Source: Paraspadella gotoi
Taxonomy: Eukaryota; Animalia; Chaetognatha
Direction: 5' to 3'
NCBI GenBank assembly: GCA_051294375.1
Contig: CM119264.1
Span: 5,811,621-5,875,620, forward strand
DNA: 64,000 nt
The notes beneath the pieces are model-generated. The model saw only the letters and a program-made list of their open reading frames with translations, was not told the DNA's origin and made no database searches. The position numbers and the translations under genes were made by a program. This document shows, piece by piece, positions 11,872 through 23,803 of the stretch; the first letter of the stretch is position 1, and each line of letters starts with the position of its first letter.

Positions 11872-14502
11872 CTAAAACCCGAATTTATCTTGCCACTCGG
11901 CCATCTGCTTCCGCCGAAGATCCGTCACGGCGCTTGAACGCATACGTTCGCTGTCCTGAATGCAGTATTCCATGAGCAGAACGCACTGCATTCCCAAATG
12001 TTCCAGGAACAGTTGGTTCGACTCATGATGCCAGTGTGTTCGCGTGCCCCGATTACAAATGGGTCCACCAGTAACGGATCCACAGATGTAATCAATAGAG
12101 GCTTCTCCTCCAAAGAGTTCGGCCATTCCGCCGACATCGAGAAGAAAACGTGATGGGGCGCGAAGAAAATCAAAGTGGGGAAAGTTGAAGATTTCATCGC
12201 CGAAGATGAGGATGCGAGAACTGGTGGCAGAGGAGTACATTTTCGCCAAGTCCTTGAACATGAGGTCCGTCATCTCCTTTCCGCTCGATCCGGGATGAAT
12301 AAAGTACAAGTTTCCAACCTTCTCTTTGACAGAGCGCTTCGCGAAGAATCCTACGCAGCCGAGAATCTTCGAGGGAGAGGTTGGATTTAAGACTTCGCTG
12401 GGCACGATAGCGATAATAGTAGAAGACCGGAGCGTTTTTAGGGCGATTTCCCATTCCTCCATATTAGAGATTTGGTGCATTCCAGGCGAGGAGACCATTT
12501 CATGGAGCACGGCGTTGTCCACGCAAACCTGGGTGTCGTAAGACAACGAGTTTGGAAGAGAAGCCATAATATGGGCTTTCAAGGGCGGAGCGTTGAGCTT
12601 AAAGCTCCTAAAGAGCCAGTGGGCCAATGCCGGAAATGGGCCGGCCAAGGTCTCCACGACCTGCATTTTCATGATGACGTCGTCGACATCACCGAGGAAT
12701 CTCTCGAAATACAAACTGGCTTCGGCTCGTTCTATTGCGCCGTTACGGAACCACGTGGTCACCAGATCGACGTGGTAGGGGATTTGATAAGAGAGATACC
12801 CCTTGGGAAAGGATATGTTTTTCATTTTGCAGACGGCGTTGATCAAGTCGATCAACTCGTCGTCCGAAACTGGCTCCGGTCGGTAATCGGGAATTCCGAG
12901 GGCGTGGGTGACAGCTTCAACCTTGTCCTCGTAGCTGCTGCCCAACTGGTTTCCCAAAAACGTCGAGGCCGCCACGGCAACCGGCGGGGGAGCCAGTGCC
13001 AAGTATTCCTCGATCAGCTTTGGCTGGTTCAAGCCAAACGCGTCGAGGAGAATGGCGCCTGCCTGACCACTGTCCAAGTATTCAAGGCCCAGACACAATT
13101 CGATGAAGGAGCACTTGACGAGCCGTTCGCGAAGGATGGTGTCAAAAAGTGACTTGACCTTGACCGGCGGCAACACTGCGAAGAGGGCGGCCATGATCTG
13201 CAGGATATTAGGCGTGTTCATCATCGACATGGCGGCGACGAGGTCGCGCGCCGCTGCCGCGTACGCGTCGGGGGTGACGAAGTTTCGCTTAAACCTCTCC
13301 ACCTCTGCGCAAAGTGTTCGAGTCTTTACGGCCGCAGCGAAACGATCCGCTTGACGCTTCGCTTCGGGAAAAACGTGCTTGGGAGAAGTCGCTGCAGATG
13401 ACAGAGTGGGAGGATTCTCCAGTCTGGGTCGCTTCATTGCCCGCCCACCAGGTTCTTCGATTAGTGGGCGCGGGGCGCAACTGCCAGGGATCTGGTTTTC
13501 GGATTCCAAGTCGTTGACCTTTTTCCGTTCCATTCCCTTCTTAACTTCGACAATCTTCCTTTCCAATTGTCGCTTGACTTGTTCCTGTCTACTTTTTATC
13601 TGTAATTTTCTCTTCTCTTCCCTCTTTTTGTATTCCTCCGCTATTTGCTTCAATTCAGCCATTTTTTCATCCTCTTCCGTTTTTCTCTTCAACTCTTCCA
13701 TTTGCTTCTTGGCTTCTTCCTGAGCTTTTTCCTCCTCCGCTTTCTTCTTGCTCAACTCCTGCTGCTTCTTTTCTTCAATCCTTCTTTGCTCTTGCACCTT
13801 ATTCATCTCCATCTTCTTTTGATCCTCCATATACTTTGACCGATTTCCTTTTACCTCCATCAGATTTAGTTGCTTATACCTCTCCCTTCTTCCTTCTTCC
13901 TCCAAAGAATTCAGATCCCATCGCCTCGACTTCTCTTTTTCCATCGTCTTTTCTTCCTCCAACTTATTTAGTTCCATATTCCTCTCCCTTCTTCCTTCTT
14001 CCTGCAAAAAATTCAGCTCCCATCGCCTCAACTTCTTCTCTTTTTCAATCCCCTTTTCTTTCTCCTCATCCTTCCGTCCAACTGACCCAGACACCATATC
14101 CAGTAATACAACGTCGTCGTCATCATCGGTCCCAACCACAGCCGCCTTCACCGACGGCGGCTTCAAAGCGGTCGCCGAGACCGGATCCGCCGTCACCTTT
14201 GCCTCGCAGACCCTCCTGATTACAGGACCTTTTCGGGCGGGCGATGGCGAAACCTTTTTCTCAAAATTTATTCTCGAATTCTGGTCCGTTTCCAATGGAG
14301 AGGCGCGTGGACCCAGATCGACCTCGTTTCCAGTTTTTACGAGATTTCCGCGCTTAAATGCGGAGCGAAGTCTCGGGTCACCGATAATATAACGTTCGTC
14401 GTCCGTCTCGGCCAACATGAACACGCGCATGTTGAAACCAAGGGACCGAATCAAAGTCTCGAAAGTCCGCATTCCCGTTGATATTGCAGTTCCGTGATCC
14501 AT
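11872..14502 (-). CDS. Divergent EXD3/Mut-7/Nibbler-like protein with charged coiled-coil N-terminus and degenerate 3'-5' exonuclease domain; intronless
   Basis: 876-aa ORF from ATG 14502, with catcacag acceptor 12 nt upstream. The C-terminal half follows the EXD3 layout (helical MUT-7 region, then LRSSTIIAIV, LLDVGGM, SIDYICGSVTGGPICNR..HW..LEHLGMQCVLLMEY) but the catalytic acidic residues are not visible. Confidence 0.6.
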   Translation of the reverse strand: MDHGTAISTGMRTFETLIRSLGFNMRVFMLAETDDERYIIGDPRLRSAFKRGNLVKTGNEVDLGPRASPLETDQNSRINFEKKVSPSPARKGPVIRRVCEAKVTADPVSATALKPPSVKAAVVGTDDDDDVVLLDMVSGSVGRKDEEKEKGIEKEKKLRRWELNFLQEEGRRERNMELNKLEEEKTMEKEKSRRWDLNSLEEEGRRERYKQLNLMEVKGNRSKYMEDQKKMEMNKVQEQRRIEEKKQQELSKKKAEEEKAQEEAKKQMEELKRKTEEDEKMAELKQIAEEYKKREEKRKLQIKSRQEQVKRQLERKIVEVKKGMERKKVNDLESENQIPGSCAPRPLIEEPGGRAMKRPRLENPPTLSSAATSPKHVFPEAKRQADRFAAAVKTRTLCAEVERFKRNFVTPDAYAAAARDLVAAMSMMNTPNILQIMAALFAVLPPVKVKSLFDTILRERLVKCSFIELCLGLEYLDSGQAGAILLDAFGLNQPKLIEEYLALAPPPVAVAASTFLGNQLGSSYEDKVEAVTHALGIPDYRPEPVSDDELIDLINAVCKMKNISFPKGYLSYQIPYHVDLVTTWFRNGAIERAEASLYFERFLGDVDDVIMKMQVVETLAGPFPALAHWLFRSFKLNAPPLKAHIMASLPNSLSYDTQVCVDNAVLHEMVSSPGMHQISNMEEWEIALKTLRSSTIIAIVPSEVLNPTSPSKILGCVGFFAKRSVKEKVGNLYFIHPGSSGKEMTDLMFKDLAKMYSSATSSRILIFGDEIFNFPHFDFLRAPSRFLLDVGGMAELFGGEASIDYICGSVTGGPICNRGTRTHWHHESNQLFLEHLGMQCVLLMEYCIQDSERMRSSAVTDLRRKQMAEWQDKFGF

Positions 14503-15028
14503 CGTCAAAAGATTCTGTGATGAAAATTCCCAAAAACTTGGGGGGAAAAAATAAATTTATTAATGTCAAACACAGTTTTTCGTTAGGGGTTCGAGAATGA
14601 ACCTTTTCCTCAAGAGAAAAACCGGTTTTTCAGTGTGGTCACAATAGTCAGTTAGTCACAGTCGCGATAATCAAAAAATAGTCACAACCTCCGCCAACAA
14701 CTTCTGTTAAGTTACAATCCGCGAACGAAATATTCTATGAACCTTAGTTTTCGTAAAAATATCGATGATTATTAGAGAAGGTTATCCAAACTCCTACTCC
14801 AGTTATTCACGCCGCATTAATAAGGGAAGAGTTTTTTTTCTCGGGATGTCAACCCAGTGGGGCTAAGCAACCGATTCCCATTCGGCGTTGTTTTTATTGT
14901 TTTTCTGCATTTTGTTTCCCTAATCCCGATTAGCATCGAGTTGATAAGGGTTTATAAGTGAGGTTTTATGCCCCCATAAAGCTTAACATGGCAGGATAAA
15001 TCCTACTGCTCTCACTTATTTAATAAAA

Positions 15029-15865
15029 TCAGTGAAACATCTGTCCAGAAAGTCGTCTTGACTTCAAATATTGACGAGCTTTATTTAAAAACGGCGTAAT
15101 TTCTACTGACCCGCTAAAAACGAGAACGTCAATTGGTTAATTAGTTAAATCACCACCGAAACGCAAATATGCTTTCAGCAATGCTAAGCCCTAACGCGTG
15201 AACAATGAACAAAAAGATTTTAGCCATGGGAAAATGGCTCACTGTGCTTGCGTAGGCATAGAACATTGCCGATATCTGTTTAACTTTCATAAAAAGAAAA
15301 TTTCATTTTTGGAAACCGATTAAAAAATCAAAATGGAAATGGAAATCATTGCCATTTACCACCCTATACCTTCAGCATGGTGGGCGAGTGGCCACATCTA
15401 AGAGAAGTGACAGCGTTATTCACAATCCATAGGATCGCATTGGCAAACTCGCACAACTTTAAACCTTGGCCGTTTGGGTAAAAAGAGAAAAAATACTGGA
15501 AAGTGAACAACAGCGACCGAAGATCTAGAACACTAACGACGTGAAACTCGTGAGGCTCAAAAGTAAAACGAGTCGTCAATATTAGTTCTCCTGAGACGAA
15601 GGTTTGAAATTTTTAAAGGTTCATGGCTCGATAAATTTCTGTAAAAAAAAAATAATCAAAAATGTAAATTTATGGAATTAACAATAGAATTACCTACAGT
15701 ATGTCCAAATGGTCCTGTCTGTTAAGAAAAGCTTACTGCTCCTATACCAGATCGAAAAACTTTAATTCATTATAAAGAATATGTGCACACATTTGAATCC
15801 GACAAAGTTTTAATTAGATAACCAGTCTGGGTGTCATTCTGTTCGTTTTTCCAAGCTCTTTTTAA
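15029..15865 (-). CDS. Unknown multi-exon protein fragment (5' end not located)
   Basis: Five candidate exons (approx 15865-15791, 15718-15694, 15591-15370, 15275-15154, 15113-15029) join in frame through GT-AG introns: LKRAWKNEQ...TGPFGHTVGELILTTRFTFEPHEF...SPTMLKISAMFYAY...LKSRRLSGQMFH*. No family recognised. Confidence 0.4.
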
Positions 15866-15892
15866 CTAAAAAAGTTTTATTTAAAAAAATGC

Positions 15893-18202
15893 CAGGGGTG
15901 TTGAGTCAAAATATGGAAATTCACCATTTTTTAGTATTTTTTAGCTTTTTCCAGTTTTTTTTTTAATATAATAATCTTTAATCAAGTTAATTACTTCTGA
16001 TAATGATTTTAATTTATCCTATTTATTATTTAACTGTTTTTAAAACATTCATTAAAAAAATATTAGTTTTTAGCTTAAGCCAAGAGTGTTGAAGATCTAA
16101 AATATTTAAATTTTTTTAAAAAAATATTTATAAATTATAATTTACTATTTTTTTAAAGATAACTTCAAGTTAATCAATTAATTTAATAATGTTTTTTAAA
16201 ACTGAAAACCCTAAAAACTTCTATGATCCAAAGAAATTCATTTTAATTTTTAATCACAAAATGTTATTGTTACAAAATAAGATTATTTAAATAATATTCG
16301 GATAATATTATAAAAATAATTTTATTTAAAAAATATGCTTATAAATTTTGTACGGATAAGAGTAATAGTTTGGTTTAACTCTATATACAAATATTTTGTT
16401 ATTAAATAATAATAATTTAAAAAAAAATAATTGGTTTTTACTTTTTTCATTAAATAATTGTTTAACAAAGAAGCTTTGTTTTTCTCACTAAATCTAAAAA
16501 CACAAGGAAAAGAAAGTTATGATTTATAAAAGATTCATTAAAAATAACTACCTCTTATAGTCCGATTCATATATTTAAATTAATTCCTAAATTCATTTAG
16601 ATACTATTTTACTATGAAATTGGTACAACCAATATAAAAATTATCCATCCATTTAATAAATAAGCTATCTTGTCCCTGACTTTGGACAGGCATTGGTGGT
16701 TTAAGGCCTCCATCACACTTGCAAGACAATAACATGACAGGTTTCTGCAAGCTTTTTATCAAGCCTCTCTCACAGACTTGTTTATTCACTCCCAGTGAAA
16801 CTGGCTTCCCTATCAATGAAGTGGTATAATATTTCAAAGAATGTTTCAATTGTATGAAAAGACCACACCATTAAGCCAAGCCAACTATATAATAATATTG
16901 TTAATTGTTAATTTACTAATTTAAAGAATTTGTTAACGATTTTATTTTTATCGTTGTTAACAAATTCATTAAATTTTTATTGTAATCTCTAAAAGCAACA
17001 AAAAAGAAAGGATCAAACCATGAATATGTTAACAAACATTTTTTTAATAAAAAAAGTTTTTCTTTAAGTCTAAATTAAAAATTTTACTTAAAATATAAAT
17101 CATTTCTATCCTAGCATCCCACGTAAGTCCCTCTTCTTGCCCTAACCTCCGCTTCGCGTCCAAGGCCAAGCATGAACTTGAACCTGTCATCGCCCATAAA
17201 ACTTTTCCCATCTGTAACTTTCCAGTTGGGTATAACTACAACAACCTTGTTTATTGTAATGCTAACTTTTAATTATTCAACCTGAATTACAACTACCTCA
17301 AATGTTAAAACTAAAAACTAGGACAATAGTTTCAATCATTAACAAAATTATTATTTCTATGCGATATTGCGATAGCAAAATCGCTAATGAATATTAAAAT
17401 ATCATTAATAAATATATTTAATTTATTAAATGAACCCGTTATCTTAATAAATTAAAAGTTTGATGTATTTGGTTTTTTATTTTTAATTAAAATTAAAACA
17501 GAAATAATTTCTTTGCGTGGTTGTTTACACCCACATCGGGTAAAACGTTGGCAACGCTACTTATTATTTCCCTTAAACTAATTTTTTAAAAATAAATAAC
17601 AATTTAATTTAATATACTCTTGTCAGCACTAAATATCATAAAATAATGATTTGCCCAAAATGTATATGCAGAATTTATGTTTTTAAATTAAATTTATAAT
17701 AAAATCTGGATAGTGGATATCATTTGATTAATTATATCCTTGTTGTAACAATTTCATTATATGATTAAAAAATTTTATGAATTGCTTTGTTTTTAAGATG
17801 AATCTTAAAAAAAAACTTTTTAAAAATAGGTCACAATAGTTTTCAAAGCTTTTAATTATAAAAGAAATTAACTATGTTAATTAACTTTAAAAACCATTTA
17901 AAATTATTAAATATTTTTATTATCATGATTAAAATATGTAATCCTTAAAAAAATAGTAAATTATCATTTGAAAATATTAAAAAAGACAATTTAGAAATTT
18001 TAGCTCTTTAACACCCTTGGCTTAAGCCCTAAACTAATATTTTTTGTGAATGAATGTTTTAAAAATAGTTAAATATGATAAATTAAAAGCATTATCATTA
18101 GTAATTAACTTGATTAATGATAATTATATTTAAAATTTTACTGAAAAAAGCTAAAAAAGACTCATAAAAAGTGAAATTCCATATTTTGGCTCTATCCGCA
18201 GT
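15893..18202. mobile_element. Foldback-type element with long diverged inverted arms
   Basis: gagtcaaaatatggaaattcac (15903) is inverted to gtgaaattccatattttggctc (18171), and gcttaagccaag.gtgtt (16073) to aacacccttggcttaagc (18010). Arms are approx 15.9-16.4 kb and 17.6-18.2 kb; no TSD seen. Confidence 0.6.
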
Positions 18203-18603
18203 GCGTCGCTGCCCCTTGGTCGCCTCCCATGCCGCCTTTTTCTTAAGCCGCTTCAGAGCACGTTTTGTCCCGGGATCTGCTATACAATTGAACTGAGGGT
18301 CTAAACTGCACTCACTCTCCAGGTCTGCTATACCCTTAGTGACGGGATGCAAAGCAGGCACCGGGACTGAGCCTTCTCTCAGTTCAGTCTTTGGGTATTC
18401 TCTGTTTTCTATCTTGTCTTTTCATTGCTGACCAAGGTTTCATCCTCCAATCCAATTTTTTCTTCATGCTTGTTATTAACAGGAAAACCTTCAGTTGAAT
18501 CTTATAATTCTCAGTTGCATCGGCAGATTCGAAACCGACATCGTTGCAATAGGCTGGCAATAGGAACACACTCGTCGGAAAGGATTGAAGTTGTCTTTTC
18601 CAT
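18203..18603 (-). pseudogene. TRMT10-like 5' fragment, frameshifted and truncated by the foldback element
   Basis: GTKRALKRLKKKAAWEATKGQRR resembles the Trm10/TRMT10A N-terminal SKxxLKRLxxxxxWE motif. At least two frameshifts lie upstream and no SPOUT domain exons were found in the window. Confidence 0.4.
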
Positions 18604-18855
18604 GGAAGCGAACAGTAGTTTTGTATAAAAGTTTAAATCTATGATTCTATGAATAATTGAATTTTGGTAACCTCGTTTTAGAAACTAAAAAAATAATAAA
18701 TCGAAATTATAAACGTTCATGACTGCATGAAATTTATACAAATCACTATCAATAAAAAAGGGTAAATTAAAGAATATTGAACACAGTGCAGTGAAGCTCC
18801 TATAATTGTCTGTAATTGTCCTGGAATTGTCAAACTCGTTCACGAAAACAGAAAT

Positions 18856-21662
18856 CTATAAAAACGGTTGTAACACGTTACGTATTTCGTGACTAAAATC
18901 TGAACGAAAGACTCCGCCCAGCGCCTGGAGTCTGGCGCAGGAAAGGCGCGCATCCACAGGGCGTGTCGTCGTCGCCGTCGCGACCGCGAGTAGTCCGTCT
19001 TTCGGCAAACCGAAAGCGTCCGCCATTACTAACGCCATCTCGTATTTGTGAAAGATTCGTCGCTGGAAAAGTGAAAGATTCCCGAAGCGGATGCGGCATC
19101 GTCAATAGATCCGCGCCGTATTTGAATAACGCGGCGGCAGAGCAGGAGGCAGGCGGCGGCGACGGCGTCCACGTGTGTTGGGTAGCGTCGCTGAACGGAG
19201 TCCAATTGACGCGGCCTCGAGTCCTTAACTGCCTGATTGAGGTGACCGGATCGNNNNNNNNNNATTGTCAAAAAAAAAATTTTTTTTGTCATTGTCATTG
19301 TCAAATAAACTAAGCAGCAGACGCAGTCCCTGAGAAAAAAAATTTGAGAAAAGAAAATTAATTTATAAACAGAAAGAAAAATTATATTTTGCGATTGTCA
19401 ATTAAAAAAACTTGAGGGGTATTGAAGGCGTGAAGAAATAGAGGGAAAAATAATGGTATATTTCGCTAGACAAAATATACTGAGGGGCAGGAGGAGGAGG
19501 ATAAAAGAAGTGGAAGAGGAGAATTGGACGGCAGGCTAAATCCTCCTCTGAAAAATAATAAAGTACCGAGGAAAATTAAAGTTACAGTTTCTGAAGAAAA
19601 AAAACTGATCAGCAGACTCAGCCCCTGAGAAAAAAACAAGTTTGAGCAAACAATGTCGGATTTGCCCACGATCATTATCGGTAATTAATTAATTAATAAT
19701 TAATTCAAGTTAATTAATTATTTAGGGCTTAAGCCAAGGGTGTTAAAGAGCTAAAATTTCTAAATTGTTTTTTTTAATATTTTTTTAAAGATTACATATT
19801 TTAATCATGATAATAAAAATATTTGATAATTTTAAATGGTTTTTTAAGTTAATTAACATAGTTAATTAATTTTTTATAATTAAAAGCTTTAAAAACTATT
19901 GTGACCTATTTTTAAAAAGTTTTTTTTAAAGATTTTTCTTAAAAACAAAGCAATTCATAATTTTTTTTAATCATATAATGAAATAGTTACAACAAAGATA
20001 TAATTATTCAAATGATATACTCTATTCAGATTTTATTATGAATTTAATTTAAAAACATAAATTATTATTTTCTGCATATACATTTTGGGCAAATCATTAT
20101 TTTATGATATTTAGTGCTGACAAGAGTAATAGTTTACTTTAACTCAATATAAAAATATTTTGTTATTAAATTAAATTGTTATTTAATAAAAAAATATTTT
20201 AAGGAAAATAATAAGTAGCGTTGCCAACGTTTTACCCAATGTGGGTGTAAACAACCACGCAAAAAAATTATTTCTGTTTTAATTTTAATTAAAAAACCAA
20301 ATACATCAAACTTTTAATTTGAGGTAATTGTAATTCAGGTTGAATAAGTAAAAGTTAGCATTACGATCAACAAGGTTGTTGTAGTTATACCCAACTGGAA
20401 AGTAATAGATGGGAAAAGTTTTATGGGCAATGATAGGTTCAAGGTTCATGCTTGGCCTTGGACGCGAAGGAGAAAAGAGAAAAAGAGAGTCCCTGCAGAT
20501 CCAGCTGCAGATTCGGTTTTTTTCCCGATGAATGAGCACTGGGGAAAAGAGAGAGAGATAGCTACATATAATTAAAAGAGAAAAGAGAAAGAGAAGGAGA
20601 CATAAAAATAAAATAGAGGATATTTGTTTGTTTTGATAAAACGTAAACAAAACATATTTAATAACTGTCCTGACCCAATATTTTCAGCTTCATACACCCA
20701 AATTTAATCATAAAAAAAGCGATCTATAATTTGGAACGCCGACGACGACGCCACTTAGGTGCAAAACCACAGCAAAATCGGCGCAAACGCAAAGCGATTG
20801 CGATGATAAAAAAGCGCTACACTAGCAATAATGCAAATAATTTTCTTTAGACTTTCCCTAATTAAACTTTGGCATTTACCTCAAAGAGAACGGTGACGGC
20901 GGATTCTTGCAGCGTCTCCACGGGTCCATAGAGGATGGGAACGCGAAGGACCACGTGCGACGTTGACGCCGCTAGGGTAGCCGTCTCTCCCGCCAGCTTG
21001 GAAAGACCATACGCGTTAAGAGGATTTGGTGAACACGTTTCACTGTCAAAGTCAAATATTTCCTTTTATCGAAGTATTAACGATAACTAATCATTATAAC
21101 AAACACATACTACACTCATACTGCTTAACAAAGTAAAATATCGTTGTGAGATGGCTTCCTTCCGTTAAATAGTAAAATATTGGAACCTGTAAGGCGGCTT
21201 CGTTCCGTCGAAGACATAGTCTGTGCTGACAAATATCATTTTAATTTGTCGCGCAAAGCATTCCGTCGCCAAACGCCGTGTCGCTTCCTCGTTCAAGGCT
21301 GCCGCAGCTGCCGGGTCATTTTCTATTACATCCGGGCGTCTATGCGCCGCCGCATGGACGAGGACATCAGGGCAGAAGGCGTCGAGAAAAGAATTTACTG
21401 AAGATGTCGTCAAATCGACGGCGACGACGTTGACACCTGTGGTATAAATCCCTGAGCTAATGACGCTTCCTCCTCGACTGATCCTCTGATCTTATATTCT
21501 CCCTGGCCACTAATCACCGTCTGCCCTAGAGAGTCCCCAGCCTTGGACGCTCCATTCCGAGGCCTCGAAGGCCCGGACGAGGCTGCGTCCCAAAAGACCC
21601 GTCGCTCCAGTGATCACGACCCGAGGCGCGACAGAATTCGAGCTCCGCTTGTCATTTGACAT
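18856..21662 (-). CDS. MAT2B: Methionine adenosyltransferase 2 subunit beta (RmlD-like), 4 exons; 1-bp frameshift at ~19046 is probably a sequencing error
   Basis: [67 protein letters not shown] and GIFHFS motifs. Adding one A to ACAAATAC restores TKYEMA. Confidence 0.92.
19264..20813 (-). mobile_element. Helentron/HINE-like family A copy in MAT2B intron 3, interrupted by the ~19720-20465 insert
   Basis: 19336-19400 matches 9449-9513 and 20470-20813 matches 9940-10338; the left end runs into a 10-N gap. Confidence 0.65.
19720..20465. repeat. Near-identical inverted copy of 17155-18043
   Basis: tttagggcttaagccaagggtgttaaagagc (19720) is the reverse complement of 18003-18033, and catgcttggccttggacgcgaag (20447) is the reverse complement of 17152-17174. 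One internal indel of ~140 bp. Confidence 0.85.
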
Positions 21663-22067
21663 TTCATGAGATTGGCCTCGGAAGTTTTCTATAATCATCT
21701 ATCTAAAAACAAATATAAAACAAATAACTAAGGTAGTGCAGGGTAATTCGGAACAGTGACAAATAAAATTAAATAAAAAATTCATTCAAGGAATTCGAAT
21801 AATTATTACTGGTGCATTAAATATTTCAGCAACTTGTCTTTAGTTATTTACTCAAGTATGGACCATTTTAATTTTTATAGGATACCTAGATTTTAAAAAA
21901 TTAACAAAGCAAGCTCCGGTAGTTATTACAAAGTATTAGAGGGGGATTGGTAAAAATATTTTTTCAGTGATTTTTAAACATGGTTTGATCCTTTATTTTC
22001 GTTGCGTTTGGAAGTTTAGAGAAAAAGTTTTTATTTTGTTACAAACAACGATTTTGTATTAACGTAA

Positions 22068-22110
22068 GTAGGACATGTTTCGGCTTAAGTGCAAACCTTC
22101 ATCAGCACTT
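22068..22110 (-). ncRNA. Minimal type I hammerhead ribozyme in a Penelope-like terminus
   Basis: Minus strand reads gtg-CTGATGA-a-ggttt(gcactt)aagcc-GAAAC-at-GTC-ctac. Flanking sequence 21980-22060 resembles 23464-23540 and the inverted 16990-17022. Confidence 0.7.
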
Positions 22111-22708
22111 TTTAAAAAAAACTTTGTTTTCGCTAAAGTGATTTTTAAAAAAAATTCTTAAATTATATGAAATTGGTACAACCAATATATATTATTAATT
22201 AATTATTAATTAATTATTAATATATATATTTTTTAATATTTATCAAATATTTTTTATAATATTGAATTAATAATGTATTAAATCTTTTCTTTAGATGAAG
22301 GACAGAAAGAAATTACCTCATATTTTTAACTCCAGAGCTTTTATAATCCAGTAATAATTATTTTTAAAATTATCTACTTACCTCGTTCATATTACTTTTT
22401 GAATTGATTTAATAATAATATTGAATAAATAGCAACCATTTTGTTCCGGCTTAATGATTCAATCGCTCACAACTTCAAATAATAAAATTTAAATATCAAA
22501 TTAATTAGCATATTTTTATCAATTTTTATATTTTTTGTTTATTTTTTTTAATAATGCACTTATTTTATACAAATTAAAATTTAAAAAATTTATATCTTTT
22601 TATATCTTTTTTTTTTTGATAATTTTTTTTAATAAAATGTATTTTAAAATGAAAAAAATTATATAAAAATTCAAAAAGTGAGAAATGAGGACTCATTTAA
22701 ATTGAATG

Positions 22709-22791
22709 TTGTAGCGCTAGTATTTCATACCCCGCTACCCGTCCGTTGCACACAAGGTCCCGAAGCGGGGTATGAAATACTACCGCTACAA
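22709..22791. repeat. 83-nt hairpin (28-bp stem, 1 mismatch, 27-nt loop)
   Basis: ttgtagcgctagtatttcataccccgct ... agcggggtatgaaatactaccgctacaa. Confidence 0.85.
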
Positions 22792-23545
22792 TGTCCTGCA
22801 AAGATAAATTGATAAAATTAAAAATTGAATTTGAAATATAGTATCATAAATGGTAAGAACTTATCCTTGACAGAGTTATCTCAGAAATAACATTTAATAA
22901 TACAGTTCCGCACAATATGTAAAAGTGAACCGACAGTACCATTGGGACCCACTGTATTTCGCTAAAGATTTTATGAATTATTATTAGGGGGAGCCTAACT
23001 CAGTAAGGTGGTTAAGAAATTTGAATTAAGCACCTGCTCAAAGGAAAATTTAGACATTTTTAAAAAATTTGAATAGGCAAAAAATTTGAATATTAATATT
23101 AATTTTTAGGAAAGGTTAATATTTTGATCTTAAGTGGGTGAAAAATATGAAAAACTATTTATAATCATCATCATCTTTCTATAATTTTATTATTTTTTTT
23201 TAATTTTGACCAAGAAAACATAAAAAATTTTGTAAGTTGTAAATATATTTTTCATATAACTTTTTATGCTCTATCAGAATCCATAAAAAAAGTTAAGATT
23301 GATTAAAAAAAATTTTTTATCATTATATAGTAATATTGTAATTTTGATAGCAACAATAAAAGCATTAAAATCGCACTTTTTTAAAAGTACATGGTGACAA
23401 TTTTACAAGCGCCGGTAAAAAAACGCTGTCATTTACAAACCAGTGGTTATTTCATTGATTTTATGGTAATTATCTTTTCTTTTTTCGTTGTTTGAGAGAT
23501 TAACAAAGTTTGATTTTATTTTTGCAACGAATTTTATTTTACAAG

Positions 23546-23590
23546 AGCAGACGTGTTTCGGCTCACAATACGAGCCTTCATCAGCGCATA
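23546..23590 (-). ncRNA. Minimal hammerhead ribozyme (Penelope type)
   Basis: Minus strand reads gcg-CTGATGA-a-ggctc(gtattgt)gagcc-GAAAC-ac-GTC-tgc. Confidence 0.75.
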
Positions 23591-23803
23591 TGAGTTGTGA
23601 ACTTGATACAAGTTTTTAGTTAAAGAAAGAGAGAAAGAGAAAGAGAGGGTTCTTTCAAAACTTATTCAAACTAGCCACTTCTAAAAATCTGTCCTCACCA
23701 CTGATCACTGTCCTTACTCAATTCTTTGTTGGAAACATTTAACCCTCTCTCTCTCTCTCTCTCTCTTTCTTTAACTAAAAACTTGTATCAAGTTCACAAC
23801 TCA

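Noticed and set aside
19040-19050. Programmed frameshift or pseudogenisation of MAT2B
   Set aside because: A single missing A in a homopolymer ~200 bp from an assembly gap with the rest of the gene intact; most simply a sequencing error.
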